Assembly (NCBI GenBank): GCA_950097015.1
Contig: CATNEN010000039.1
Location: forward strand, 5,084,001 to 5,148,000
DNA: 64,000 nucleotides
Source of the DNA: Macrostomum hystrix
Lineage: Eukaryota; Animalia; Platyhelminthes
Reading direction: 5' to 3'
In this document: piece by piece, positions 1-11,529 of the stretch
How the letters are laid out: every line of letters starts with the position of its first letter
Numbering within the stretch: the first letter of the stretch is position 1
Position numbers and translations under genes: made by a program
Notes under the pieces: model-generated
The model's database searches: none
The model's input: the letters and a program-made list of their open reading frames with translations, nothing else
Told to the model about the DNA's origin: nothing

Positions 1-2007
1 TAATTATATAATTAATCTAGAGATGTATAGAATTCCCAAATATTTCTATAAATAAATATCATAACAACTCGTTAATCGAATTGTATAACTATAGCATGAT
101 TTTTCTTTTAATTATAAACAAAATCTTACAAAAACAGAAGGGTTTATAAACATTCTAACAAAATCCTGTCTAATCCTGTCGAAATAAATGCTTCTTACTA
201 AACTTTATAATACAAACATTCAACATTCCAACATCCAATATTCCAAATTCACAAATTCAAGCAGGCATTCAAGTATGTCAGTTGCAAAGTTAAAAAGAAA
301 CACGTACACAAATAAGAAAAATAGACAAATAAGAAATTGCTGTGTCAATATTAGTGTTTCTACGTTTTATTAACAAATTCTAAACACAATGTAAGCTGAG
401 AAATCTTATTTAAACTCACAAATATATCAATTTCCCGTTCTTATGCTTTATGCATCAATATATAAATTCTATGCGATCTAAACTGACAATGGCATATAAA
501 AATTTTCGATGATCAAGAAAATATACAAAACATATGGTTGCCCTTTACTGAAATCAATGTATGAAAATTTTGTCCGAAATATAATTAAGCTTAATTATTT
601 TTTGGAATTTAGCGAATAAAATGGCTTAGAAATTATAGTCATAATTAGCATAATTTTATGCCCCTTCAGAAGTTAAATTAGCATAGCGACAAGCAAGCCG
701 ATGTACAGTTTTTGTTTTTAATTTATTGGTTTTTATTTTAGTTTTATAGTAAAATTTAACTATTTTAAGCTATCATGTACGGAACATATGTCTAAAAGGC
801 CTTAAATTGTTATAATATTTGTTAATCTACAAACGTTCCTTAAGCCGCAAGAAGATCGTCACTTACACATTAACGGAAGGCCAGTGCTGCATAGAAACAT
901 ATTGGTCCTGTAAACGATTCCAGTGCTTCTGTAACTCGTATGCTTAATATCGGTCATTCATAAGTTTTTTTTAAGATAATTTACTTGCAAGAAGTACGAA
1001 TGGTTGTTTACTCTAACAATTACAATTTCTTCTCAGTTCAAAACCACACTACCATTTCGCATAAACTATATACGTGCGTCTCTTTTTTTCAGTGGCAAAA
1101 TTATTATCCAACAAAAGCTGTACCTGATTAAGCAATCATATTTGTTTTATTAATGGGCGAAGAGAGATGTTTCGCACAGTCGCCAGTAGGAATTAATCTG
1201 TCATATTTTAATTTTATAACGCTTTTTATTAAACTACGAACACGTAGATTGAATTATAAATAAATTGCAGCAATTGCGCGTCGCTTTGAAAGAGTCTTTA
1301 TAACAAAAGGACACTAATTGTGTCTCCCCTTTGTTGAGATTCAAACTGATCCTGCCCTCTTAATCCAAAGTCCCTCGCTGAATAATCACTGTTGTCTTCA
1401 ATTAACTTCCCTTCATCAGCACGAAAAAATATAGTTGAAATGCATATACGCTCGTATATGCCAGCTCTTCTTTCTTTATTTAATCCCGCAAGTTGGTTAA
1501 GTCTAAACACCTTACAAGGCCTACTTTATCATCTCCAAAAAACGTGGTTGTCTGAGAAAGAGAAAGAAGCAGGTTGTCAGCTGTTCATCAGTTGAACAGC
1601 TTGCACTTAGTTGAAGGAATTCTTGTTTCCTGGAATAAACAATACATTTTTGCAAGTCACGGGCCACTAATTCTTGTTCTATAGGAAGGAAGCTAGCAAC
1701 CGGTGGGTTTAAAGCCAATCCCATCATGTAATCGACCAGCGCCAACCAATAGGAAAGTTTCTAGCATTAGATATTTTGTATCCTATAGAAGAACTTTATA
1801 TCTTGAAGTCAGTTACGCGTGTCTATGAAGTCTCGTCTAGATAATTCGACAAAAAATAGCTTTTTTGCCTGTTGCGCAGCACACGCCACACAAGTGCTCC
1901 CTATGAATTTGTTTCTAGCTTTTAATCTGCTTCTATATCTGGCTTCTATGCCTGAGAATGTGGCCTGTTTGTTAAATGGTGAGTTTAATTTTAGTGCCTT
2001 TTGTAAC

Positions 2008-2309
2008 CAGCGGCGTATAGCCAGGATTTTTTTCAGGACTGGACTGGTAGTAGCCAGTGGCGTCTGCAGGGGAGCGCCACTACCAGAGGGCGCCACTACC
2101 TATCACGGTGGCGCCACTACCTACCACGGTGGCGCCACTACCTACCACGGTGGCGCCACTACCTACCACGGTGGCGCCACTACCTACCACGGTGGCGCCA
2201 CTACCTATCACGGTGGCGCCACTACCTATCACGGTGGCGCCACTACCTATCACGGTGGCGCCACTACCTACCTACCACGGTCCCCCTTGCCCCCCTGGCT
2301 ACGCTCCTG
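2008..2309. mobile_element. Putative small non-autonomous DNA element (hAT-like ends) carrying a 21-bp minisatellite
   Basis: Left end CAGCGGCGTATAGCCAGG versus reverse complement of right end CAGGAGCGTAGCCAGG. Flanking 8-mers match only 5/8 (tttgtaac/gtagaaac), so the TSD is not clean. Confidence 0.4.
2074..2279. repeat. 21-bp minisatellite (GGCGCCACTACCTAYCACGGT) x~9
   Basis: Direct tandem periodicity; generates the spurious GGATTYH and VAPLPTT ORFs. Confidence 0.95.
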
Positions 2310-2461
2310 GTAGAAACTGGCTGCACATACTGTAACGGGGGCCCATGGCTGCGGAGACAAGGTTTGGGGGCTTGTCATGCAGTATATGCGAATGAACCTA
2401 CAAGACGCAGTACTCAAGAGTACGATCCCTGAGGACAATGAAGCATACTCAAGCCACGCAG

Positions 2462-3403
2462 TCACACATTGACAACAACAGGCTGCAGCAAGTTTGTTCC
2501 TCTCTATCGCGACCGTTGCAACACGAATAATCAAGCGACAAACGTCGCCGCTTTCGTCTGCATACGCCAGTGCTGGCAAAATCCGCTCTGTAGGCTGGTG
2601 AAGCTCACGAATGCCGGCGTCTGCCAGTTGGTGACGGACTCTGAAGCTCTGAGCTTCACGCTGACGCCTGGCGACTGTCCGATGCTCAGGATTGGTCAGT
2701 GTTCTTGAATTCTGGTGTTGAGTTGAATAAAAAAATTGACAGCTTCTAACCTTTTGGTCTGGAGTTCGAATTTCAGCAGCTAGGCTCTAGGCTAGTTGCA
2801 AAGTGTTATCCACACTGAAAGTAGTGGCAACATAGAATCTGCTACGAACTTATCTTAAGATGCCTTATTAACTCGTGATGGAAAAGGTTGGCAGAATTAG
2901 TTAAAGTTAGATTATACCGCAGCAGCATGCAGTGTAAACACAGCACGTGAGATTTTGAGATGCCGTTAATTTTTTTGAGAAGTCGAAAAATGGTCATTGA
3001 AATTAGCACGAAATTTTTTAGCAAAGAAGCCGTTGCTATGCAGCAGTTTGAAGGCTGAATTCCAAATGAGGAAAAACTGGTAGCTCAGGTGCCACAGGCC
3101 TCTGAGGCACGGCCATGCAGAATATCTGAAATCGGCACTTGCTAGAGAGGAGGCTAAATTATTGCAGCGAAGCTTGTGCACGGCTGTGCCTTCATTCCAT
3201 GGCAGACTCATCAAACTTTAATTGGTGTGGAACGAAAAGGGACAGTGGCCTTAATGGGTTTCATTTTGTCTGAGTATAATAAAACGTAGGCGTAGTTTTT
3301 TCAAAATTTAATATCGCGTGCATGGCTATAGGGTGGTTTGCAACCACGCTTGTTTGTTCTTGACACTAAAATAATAGGGAGACACTTATCAGTCCATCAA
3401 TCA

Positions 3404-3485
<82 letters not shown>

Positions 3486-3596
3486 ATCTATCTATCTATC
3501 TATCATCTATCTATCTATCTATCTATCTATCATCTATCTATCTATCTATCTATCTATCATCTATCTATCTATCTATCATCTATCTATCTATCTATC

Positions 3597-3651
<55 letters not shown>

Positions 3652-6600
3652 ATCTATCTATCTATGGTGGAGTATCGAAGACCTTTAAGGGAGAAAAGAA
3701 CTCAGTTTAACAATGGTCGATAGGGACTCTACGTATTACTTATTAACTTTGACCAGTTCATTAACAATGTGATAGCGTTTGTTCTGCTAAATTTGAAAAA
3801 AAAGTTTTTCGACCGTCACTTGTCACGTGACGTATTCAAGATCCTAGTTCAATTGGCATGCTATTTTTAGCACACAAGGTCAAATATCACGCGTTCCTTG
3901 CGTGATTACATTATTATCGTTTATTTAGCTTCTTGAGCACGGCTACTTTTTCGTGAAAAATTTGCACCTTGAGTGCAGAAGTTAGAATCTAAAAAATGTA
4001 ATGCTGGGCCAAATTCATATGAGAGAAATATATGAGACCTCGGAGACATAAGAAAAAGAGATATGAAAGAAGTAAGACATTAGACGGGGGAGATGAAACG
4101 AGGGAGAGTTGAGACTGGGGGAGATGAGACACATGAGAGATAAGACAGAGAGATGAGACAGGGGAGAGATGAGACAGCGGAGAGATGAGACAGGGGAGAA
4201 ATGAGACAGGGGAGAGATGAGACAGGTGAGAGATGAGACAGGGGAGAGATGAGACAGCTGTGAGAGATGAGACAGGGGAGAGATGAGAGGGGAGAGATGA
4301 GACAGGGGAGAAATGAGACAGGGGAGAGATGAGACAGGGGAGAGATGAGACAGGGGAGAGATGAGACACGCGAGAGATGAAACAAGAGAGATTGGACGGA
4401 GGAGATGAACAAGGAATAGATAGAGGATCTACTCGTATCTATTGCAGATTACAACAGGCTGGCAGTCCGAGGCGGTCGCAGGTTCTACGTATTTCAGCAG
4501 CGCAAGAGTGCCTCAATCGATTTCGTGCGGGGCTGGACAGACTATGTCAGCGGCTTCGGGGACGAGTCTAACTTTTGGACAGGTAAATTTCTCTGTTCAC
4601 GTGGGGAAAATACTAGCGAACAAAGCTAGAGATTTTTCTGTGCAGCTAGAGGGCTCCCATTTTCCCATTTTCCATCTCCAGTGCATCCACCATGTTTACC
4701 CTGATTTGGTTTAGGCTTTCACACGGCACACGAAAGCTTTCATGGCGATTCAATCAGTTGCCATAGCAACTGCTAAATTACTGAACTCCATTTCAGTGTC
4801 TAAGTAGGATACTATCACATCCCGTTCATTAATCAAGACTTAATAAATTAGTCTATAAATTAGATAAATTAGTCTATGGCCAAATCGTATTCCGTTTAAT
4901 GTGCGTTTCGCGTCGAAAGATTTAATAATATTTATTATTGAAAGCTGCGGGAAATAGCACAGTTTGGTGCAGCAAGCGAGTCTACCCATTTCGCTGACTC
5001 CTGGGACCGATTTCATGAGCAACTGGTAAATTAGCAGTTAGCAGCAGCTAAAATAACTGTGGATATTCAGCAGTCTGCTAAAAACTGGTTTCATAAAGCA
5101 ACTGGTAAATATCTGCTGGTAAATATCAGTACTGCTATTCCCCCTAGCATTGAATTCGTGCCATAGACATTCGCTTTGCAGCAGAAGAAGAAGCTGAGTT
5201 GGAGAAGGAGAAAGAGAAGGAGCGGGTAGTATATAAGGCTCTAGTCTCGCTAGCTTAGAAGTAAAAACTGAAAAGATTTTAACCATGTCCATGCCGGAGC
5301 AAAAGCTCATCTTTCTGTCTCTCATGAGAGACAAAAAGGCTGTTTTGTTCGGTAGTTTTGCGGATAACGCAGAAGCCAAATCGAAAAAGCGACACGCTTG
5401 GGAGGAAATCCGAACCACAATGGAGGCAAATGGGTTGTGCAAGCCAGTTGCATATCTGCGCGACAGAATGTGGAAAAACATTCGGATGGCAACAATTAAG
5501 AAGCGAGACACTAGTCGTCAGACGGGCGCCGGAGGAGGGACTCTTGCCAAGGAGACAGATGTGGATCGTATGGTTCTAGAACTCATTGGAAAGGAAAGTT
5601 CTTCGGTATGTGGGCTTGATGTCGAAGAAAGTGTGCCCTGCATTCGACCCGATGCCGCTTCCGATGCATCTGTCCATATAGACAACTTAAACCGTACTAT
5701 GCCTAGCAGCTCGGCGGAAAAGCCATCCATGGCCAGGCCTTCGATGTTGGCCCTGCTCAGCAACGAAGCAGGCGAAGCGCCATCGACACCACGTCGAAGG
5801 AAGCCGGAGAAGATGACGGAAAAAGAAGAGTTGGTTCTCGAGTTTCGCCTGAAAAGCTGCGCCTGGAAATCCGAAAACTTGAACTCGAGCAGCAAGATGA
5901 TATACCATGCTAAAGCTGTTATTTTTCATAGCTAAACCCCTATCTTTCCCACATGCATATCATTCTTCCAAACTAATATTTCCCCAACTTCAAACTTCCC
6001 CACATCTCATCTTTCCCATATTCCCCGCTGCCTAGCTTCCTTATGTCCCCTTCCTCCCCACATCACCTAGTCCCGAATTCCCTTCTGTATCTTCTCTTCC
6101 CCTCTTCCCTAAACATCGGTGCTAGATACAAGTCACAAGCGACAAACTTGCCTCGCAAAATGGGCGATAAAGTGTAATCGGAAGCGAAAAGCTTAGAGGA
6201 AAACAAGGGAAAATTGCGGCAGAATTTCACCAGGACTTTTGTTTGATATACACAGTAAGGCAGGTAAGCACAGTGTAAAAAATAGATCTAGCTCTGCCAA
6301 GTAATACGATATCATGAAAAATGTTAAAATCAGTGATGTGTCACTAATGCATAGCATTGCAAGAATGCACCGCTGCTTTAATCATTTCCGATGTTGTAAA
6401 CGAACAGAGAACTGTATAAAACATGCTTCATCTTCTCTATACTATACTAAAAATGAAAATCTTGCTTGGGGATCATGGTCAACTTGGGGATCATTGTCAG
6501 CTGGGGGATCATTGTAACTTAAAAAAAGCTGAAACTGCAGCTGCTAAAAAGTATCTACTGGACGAATTAAAAATATTTCTGCTCCCCGAATGGGGGCAAA

Positions 6601-9007
6601 ACTTGCTAGTACTATGCTAAAGCTGTTATTTAGATTGAATGAACACCGAAAAACGCATTGTGTTGTTTACATTTGTTGCATCATTTATTCACGCGTTTAT
6701 TAGTTTCAGTGTTTATCAATTAATTTAAAAGCTTTAACTTTACAACATACGACAGGATTAAAATTCAATAACGCTGTGTTCGCAAAAGTTGCATACATAA
6801 ACGTTGAACATTAACATTTGTTCTTTAACATGCTTTTCAATAGTTAGTTTCTGTTATCGATTCAAATCAGTCATTGGAATAATTCAATAAGTTGTTTCCG
6901 CCGGTTGTCGTTTACGTTCACTACTTCGCCCTCCATGGGTATATCGATGCCCACCACCGGATGCAAAAGCTCTGCTGCCAAATTGTCGTCAACTTGTCCT
7001 TCAAGTTGAATGCAAAGATAGTGCAGAACAACACACGCCTTGACTATCTCAGCAGAGTAAACCGGACCTTGAACGCGCAGACCATTGAGACAGGGGAAGC
7101 GCAATTTTAGCAGTCCGATACTGCGCTCTACGACTGATCGCGTCTTCTTTTGAGCCCTGTTAAATGCGGCGGTTGCTGGAGGCAGATTGTCGCCTAGAAC
7201 AGGTGGTATTAACCAATCCAAGCAAGGGAAAATACTGTCACCGAGTATGACGGCTCCTGGGATTGGACGCCATTGCTCCATCTGGAAAAGTGTATACAGA
7301 CTGCTGTTGCGCAACACCCTTGCGTCGCTTACACTTCCCGGCCATGATGCGTTGCAAAAATAAAATTGATGATCTGGTCCGCTCAAAAGTAGCACATTCA
7401 ACGAGTGTTGACCTTTACGGTCCACGAACTGGTTTTCGTGAAGTCCAGGTTTCTTAATGGGAATAAGGGTCCCATCGATGAGTCCACAGACAGAAGGCAT
7501 TCCTGTGATGTTAAAGAACTTCTGCACAACGTTGTTGATGTCCGGCCAAGCAACGGTATGGTGAAAAAGCTCAGAGTTGATGGCAGTCCTTACGCGGCGC
7601 ACAACTTTTGTGACAGACGACTCGGAAGGCCCGTGCGCGTCTCGAAGTACGTGATAGAAGCCGTTACAGGCGTAGAAACGCAATGCGGTCAACGCTTGCT
7701 CCCTGGCACTCAATTGACCACTTCGAACGCTACCATACTCCAAGGTTGGGCGAATTTCTTCGAGCAGATGCTCGAACGTAGGTGGCAACATTCTAAAGCG
7801 CTGTCTAAAATCCCAGTCGTCGACGAAGTTCAAGCGCTCTCGAAATTCCCTTGGACGCGGCCCGGGTTCCTCTTCGAGCAAATTAAGGGCGTCGTATATA
7901 GGCAGCTCCATTTCTTAGCCACCTAAGTAGGATGCTAAGTTTTAACCGTGGAAATGTGGTTATTTTAGCAGCGCTGGTATGCTCCTGAAACCAACCGTTA
8001 CCAGCCCCCGAGAACACCCTACTTTGAGCCATAGACATAGACGTTCTAAATCAATACAAGCAGCCTCAGTTTTACCAGCCAATTCGTGAAACCACAGCTT
8101 ACCAGACTGCTAATAGTTAGCAGCTGCTAAAGTTCGCCATGAAACCAAACTTCAAGTAGCTGCGGTTATTTACCAGTTACCAGTTGCTCATGAAATTGGT
8201 CCCTGATCACACGCGCACACAGAAATTGTACAAAGGCACACACGCACAGGTGTGCCGTTAGTTTCCCATCGTCAGGCAGTGTACACTCTGAGGGCCTTGG
8301 AGGTTGGCCCTCAAGGCGTAAATTGCAAGACAAGCCCCCAAAGTCTTCTCTCCGCGGCTGCGCCCCAAATGAATGTGGCCTCGCCGCGGAATCGAGCTCA
8401 GGGACCATGGTGCGAGAGGCAAACGCGTTAGACGCTCTGCCACTCACCTCACGGATATGAGATTGTGTTTCTCAATTTAATGTGTAAAAGAGGACATTTC
8501 AAAAAGTGGACTTGCAATTCAACAGCACAACTCCTCAAACATCATCTTCATCATCAGATATTCCTAAATCCTAAACCCCAACTCCACGAAGGCCTTCGCT
8601 GGATGCACGCCCTGACACAGCCGCAGGGCCGCACAATGCGCATGGAGGCTGTCAGATTTAACGGCATGAGCTACTACTGCGAGTATAGCGGCTTCCTAGT
8701 GCAGGGACCAGACACTGGCTACGCCCTGAGCTACGGCAGCCTACTGGTCGGCCAGTCGAATGTCAGCCAGGATTCGCTCGACATTCACCGGGGCATGAGG
8801 TTCCAGACAACGGACGCCAACTGCAACGGCAATTGTTGCGCCAGAATGCGCGGCGGCACCGGCTGGTGGTTCAACAACTGCGAGAAATGCAACCCCAACG
8901 GCATCTACAATATCGACGGCGAGGTCTTAGGCAACAGCTACGTCAACTGGGACGCCGTTGCGGTGGCGAAATCTTTGAAAGAGATTCGACTGATGATTGA
9001 GCTGTGA
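2462..9007 (+). CDS. Fibrinogen-related domain (FReD) protein with a Cys-rich (PAN/apple-like) N-terminal module; 5' end not located
   Basis: Exons ~2462-2694 (CIRQCWQNPLCRLV..CQL, donor GTCAGT), 4448-4582 (FYVFQQRKSASIDFVRGWTDYVSGFGDESNFWTG) and 8592-9007 (GLRWMHALT..DSLDIHRGMRFQTTD..GWWFNNCEKCNPNG..LKEIRLMIEL*). Both introns are phase 1 and join in frame. Motifs match the fibrinogen C-terminal domain consensus. Confidence 0.85.
3403..3665. repeat. (TATC)n / GATA microsatellite
   Basis: About 65 TATC units with occasional ATC interruptions. Confidence 0.98.
4083..4410. repeat. 16-bp purine-rich minisatellite (GAGATGAGACAGGGGA)
   Basis: Tandem periodicity, within a FReD intron. Confidence 0.9.
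5285..5935 (+). CDS. Harbinger Myb/SANT-like (trihelix) DNA-binding protein; probable frameshift near the C-terminus
   Basis: EQKLIFLSLMRDKKAVLFG..KKRHAWEEIR..RMWKNIR..KKRDTSRQTGAGGG is the typical Harbinger ORF2 Myb/SANT-like pattern. The coiled-coil tail EKLRLEIRKLELEQQ lies in another frame (5851-5913). Confidence 0.85.
   Translation: MSMPEQKLIFLSLMRDKKAVLFGSFADNAEAKSKKRHAWEEIRTTMEANGLCKPVAYLRDRMWKNIRMATIKKRDTSRQTGAGGGTLAKETDVDRMVLELIGKESSSVCGLDVEESVPCIRPDAASDASVHIDNLNRTMPSSSAEKPSMARPSMLALLSNEAGEAPSTPRRRKPEKMTEKEELVLEFRLKSCAWKSENLNSSSKMIYHAKAVIFHS
6871..7911 (-). CDS. Harbinger (HARBI1-like, DDE_Tnp_4) transposase
   Basis: Motifs FRQRFRM..FEHL, ALRFYA, GLIDGTLIPI, RKGQHSLNV, WPGSVSDARVL, LGDS, RSVVERSIGLLKLRFPCL; D-D-E triad present. 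Confidence 0.95.
   Translation of the reverse strand: MELPIYDALNLLEEEPGPRPREFRERLNFVDDWDFRQRFRMLPPTFEHLLEEIRPTLEYGSVRSGQLSAREQALTALRFYACNGFYHVLRDAHGPSESSVTKVVRRVRTAINSELFHHTVAWPDINNVVQKFFNITGMPSVCGLIDGTLIPIKKPGLHENQFVDRKGQHSLNVLLLSGPDHQFYFCNASWPGSVSDARVLRNSSLYTLFQMEQWRPIPGAVILGDSIFPCLDWLIPPVLGDNLPPATAAFNRAQKKTRSVVERSIGLLKLRFPCLNGLRVQGPVYSAEIVKACVVLHYLCIQLEGQVDDNLAAELLHPVVGIDIPMEGEVVNVNDNRRKQLIELFQ
8203..8446 (-). mobile_element. tRNA-derived SINE family A copy, split by the Harbinger (remainder at ~4975-5003)
   Basis: Shares the body CGTCAGGCAGTGTACACT..CCTTGGAGGTTGGCCCT with copies at 9356, 25560, 29150 and 62690. A/B-box head is on the minus strand. Confidence 0.85.
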
Positions 9008-9192
9008 AACAGTGGACGCATTGAGACAGCCAAAACTCGTCTGAAATGTGGGGAGATTTTTGGAAACTCGAAAAGGAAAAAATCCCATTTTTGAGTTAGT
9101 CAAAGCAGAAAAACTTTTTTCAGGATATTGTAATTTTCAGTTTGAGGATTTTTTTCAGCGTTTGGATACTTTTCGAAGGTTTTTTAGTTCCA

Positions 9193-9772
9193 GTGGCAGA
9201 CGGTCTATTGTGTTTGCCCCTAGCACCAAGGTCCCTGAGTATGATTCCGCGGCGAAGCCAGAATTATAGGACGCAGCCGCGGAGAGAAGGCTTGGGGGCG
9301 TGTGCCTTATATGTGCCGTATACACACCTGTGTGCGCGTGTGCCTTGGAACGGTATTATTATAATTGTTGGAGGGCAGTGGGCAATGGCACATCATTTGG
9401 GTGACACTAGACCCGCAGCCAGCGAGTAGGCAATTCTGCCCATTTACGTGATTCCTGAGCACACACGCACACAGATACTGTACGCAGGCACACACTCACA
9501 CAGGTGTGTACATCTGCCCTGACTTTCTCATCGTCAGGCAGTGTACACTTCACTGTGCCTTGGAGGTTGGCCCTTAAGGGCCTAAATTGCACGACAAGTC
9601 CCGAATGCCGTGTCTCCGCGGCTGCGCCCCAAATGAATGTGGCCTCGCCGTGGAATCGAACTTAAGGACCGTGGTGCAAGAGGCAACCGCGTTAACCGCT
9701 CTGCCACCCCCTTCGTACGGTATCTGTGTGCTTGTGTGCTCAGGAGTCAGCGAAATGGGCAGAAACGCCTCC
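9193..9772. mobile_element. Nested SINE-A pair: a full minus-strand copy (~9356-9710) inserted into a plus-strand copy
   Basis: Minus copy head GGGGTGGCAGAGCGGTTAACG..GTTCGATTCC (A and B boxes) with an AT-rich tail. Flanked by near-direct repeats cttggaacggta (9344-9355) and cttcgtacggta (9711-9722). The host copy resumes at 9720. Confidence 0.8.
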
Positions 9773-9916
9773 ACTATCTAAAAGAATTCTTTTCGATTAA
9801 CAATAGAAGGCCCAATGGTGTATTTCCAATAAATTCCCAATAAATCAACGATTTTCGTTGGAAAGTCTGGCGGCTAGCGAACCACAAATATAGGCATATT
9901 CGCGCTGAAGCAAACA

Positions 9917-11028
9917 TGTGATTCGAGCTGAATTAAACTGTGATTGGAGCTGAATTAACCTGTGATTCGAGCTAAATTAACTTGTGATTCGAGCTGAATT
10001 AACCTGTGATTCGAGCTGAATTAACCTGTGATTCGAGCTGAATTAACCTGTGATTCGAGCTGAGTTAACCTGTGATTCGAGCTGATGCAACCTGTGATTC
10101 GAGCTGATGCAACCTGTGATTCGAGCTGATGCAACCTGTGATTCGAGCTGATGCAACCTGTGATTCGAGCTGAATTAACCTGTGATTCGAGCTGAATTAA
10201 CCTGTGATTCGAGCTAAATTAACCTGAGATTTGAGCTGAATTAACCTGTGATTCGAGCTGAATTAACCTGTGATTCGAGCTGAATTAACCTGTGATTCGA
10301 GCTGAGTTAACCTGTGATTCGAGCTGATGCAACCTGTGATTCGAGCTGAATTAACCTGTGATTCGAGCTGAATTAACCTGTGATTCGAGCTGAGTTAACC
10401 TGTGATTCGAGCTGAATTAACCTGTGATTCGAGCTGAGTTAACCTGTGATTCGAGCTGATGCAACCTGTGATTCGAGCTGAATTAACCTGTGATTCGAGC
10501 TGAATTAACCTGTGATTCGAGCTGAGTTAACCTGTGATTCGAGCTGATGCAACCTGTGATTCGAGCTGAATTAACCTGTGATTCGAGCTGAATTAACCTG
10601 TGATTCGAGCTGAGTTAACCTGTGATTCGAGCTGATGCAACCTGTGATTCGAGCTGAGTTAACCTGTGATTCGAGCTGATGCAACCTGTGATTCGAGCTG
10701 ATGCAACCTGTGATTCGAGCTGAGTTAACCTGTGATTCGAGCTGATGCAACCTGTGATTCGAGCTGAGTTAACCTGTGATTCGAGCTGATGCAACCTGTG
10801 ATTCGAGCTGATGCAACCTGTGATTCGAGCTGATGCAACCTGTGATTCGAGCTGATTTAACCTGTGATTCGAGCTGATTTAACCTGTGATTCGAGCTGAA
10901 TTAACCTGTGATTCGAGCTGAATTAACCTGTGATTCGAGCTGAATTAACCTGTGATTCGAGCTGAATTAACCTGTGATTCGAGCTGAATTAACCTGTGAT
11001 TCGAGCTGATGCAACCTTTGATATGAGC
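9917..11028. repeat. 22-bp minisatellite (TGTGATTCGAGCTGAATTAACC and variants) x~50
   Basis: Continuous 22-bp period with variants AATT/ATGC/AGTT; no unique spacers. Confidence 0.97.
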
Positions 11029-11529
11029 TATAAAAAACGGAGAACAGAAAGTGAATATACTACTTGCAGTTTTTCTTCTGATGAGCCTGAACGATTAAAT
11101 ACCTAAAGCGGAAAATTTTACACATATTTCCTGCCCCGTTTGGGTGCGCATGAAGTTACTCAATTCGAAGCCAATGTACAGGAGAGACACGAAATTGAGA
11201 ATAAAAGGTGAACGCCTGTGAACTTTAAGAACATTAGCTGATTGGCTACCATAGACAACGCGGTTTTGTTCGAATTGTTTTTTACATGAACTGTTAGCAC
11301 AATGTAACAAACAACACAAATGACATTGATGTGATTGAGAAACTACTTTGATTGCATTTAAGTACATAAAAGAATTATGCAAATTATGCAAAAAACAGCA
11401 GCTAAAAGCGAGTAGCAAATTAACAAACTAGAGCTGTTGTTCATTGGTAGGCAAAATACATTGCCAAATTTCGACCCAACAAATAATTTAGGCATGGAAC
11501 ACTGTTTAATTTCTTAATTATTTTTAGGA

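Larger units (their letters stand above)
5004..8202. mobile_element. Full-length PIF/Harbinger DNA transposon
   Basis: 26-bp TIRs GGACCGATTTCATGAGCAACTGGTAA (5004) and TTACCAGTTGCTCATGAAATTGGTCC (ends 8202), one mismatch. 3-bp TSD CTG at 5001-5003 and 8203-8205. Two convergent ORFs (Myb/SANT-like and DDE transposase). Repeated subterminal CTGCTAA/ACCAG motifs. Confidence 0.95.

Noticed and set aside
1298-2030. Adjacent short minus-strand ORFs, possibly a decayed gene or transposon
   Set aside because: No recognisable motif; interrupted by stops; cannot be supported.
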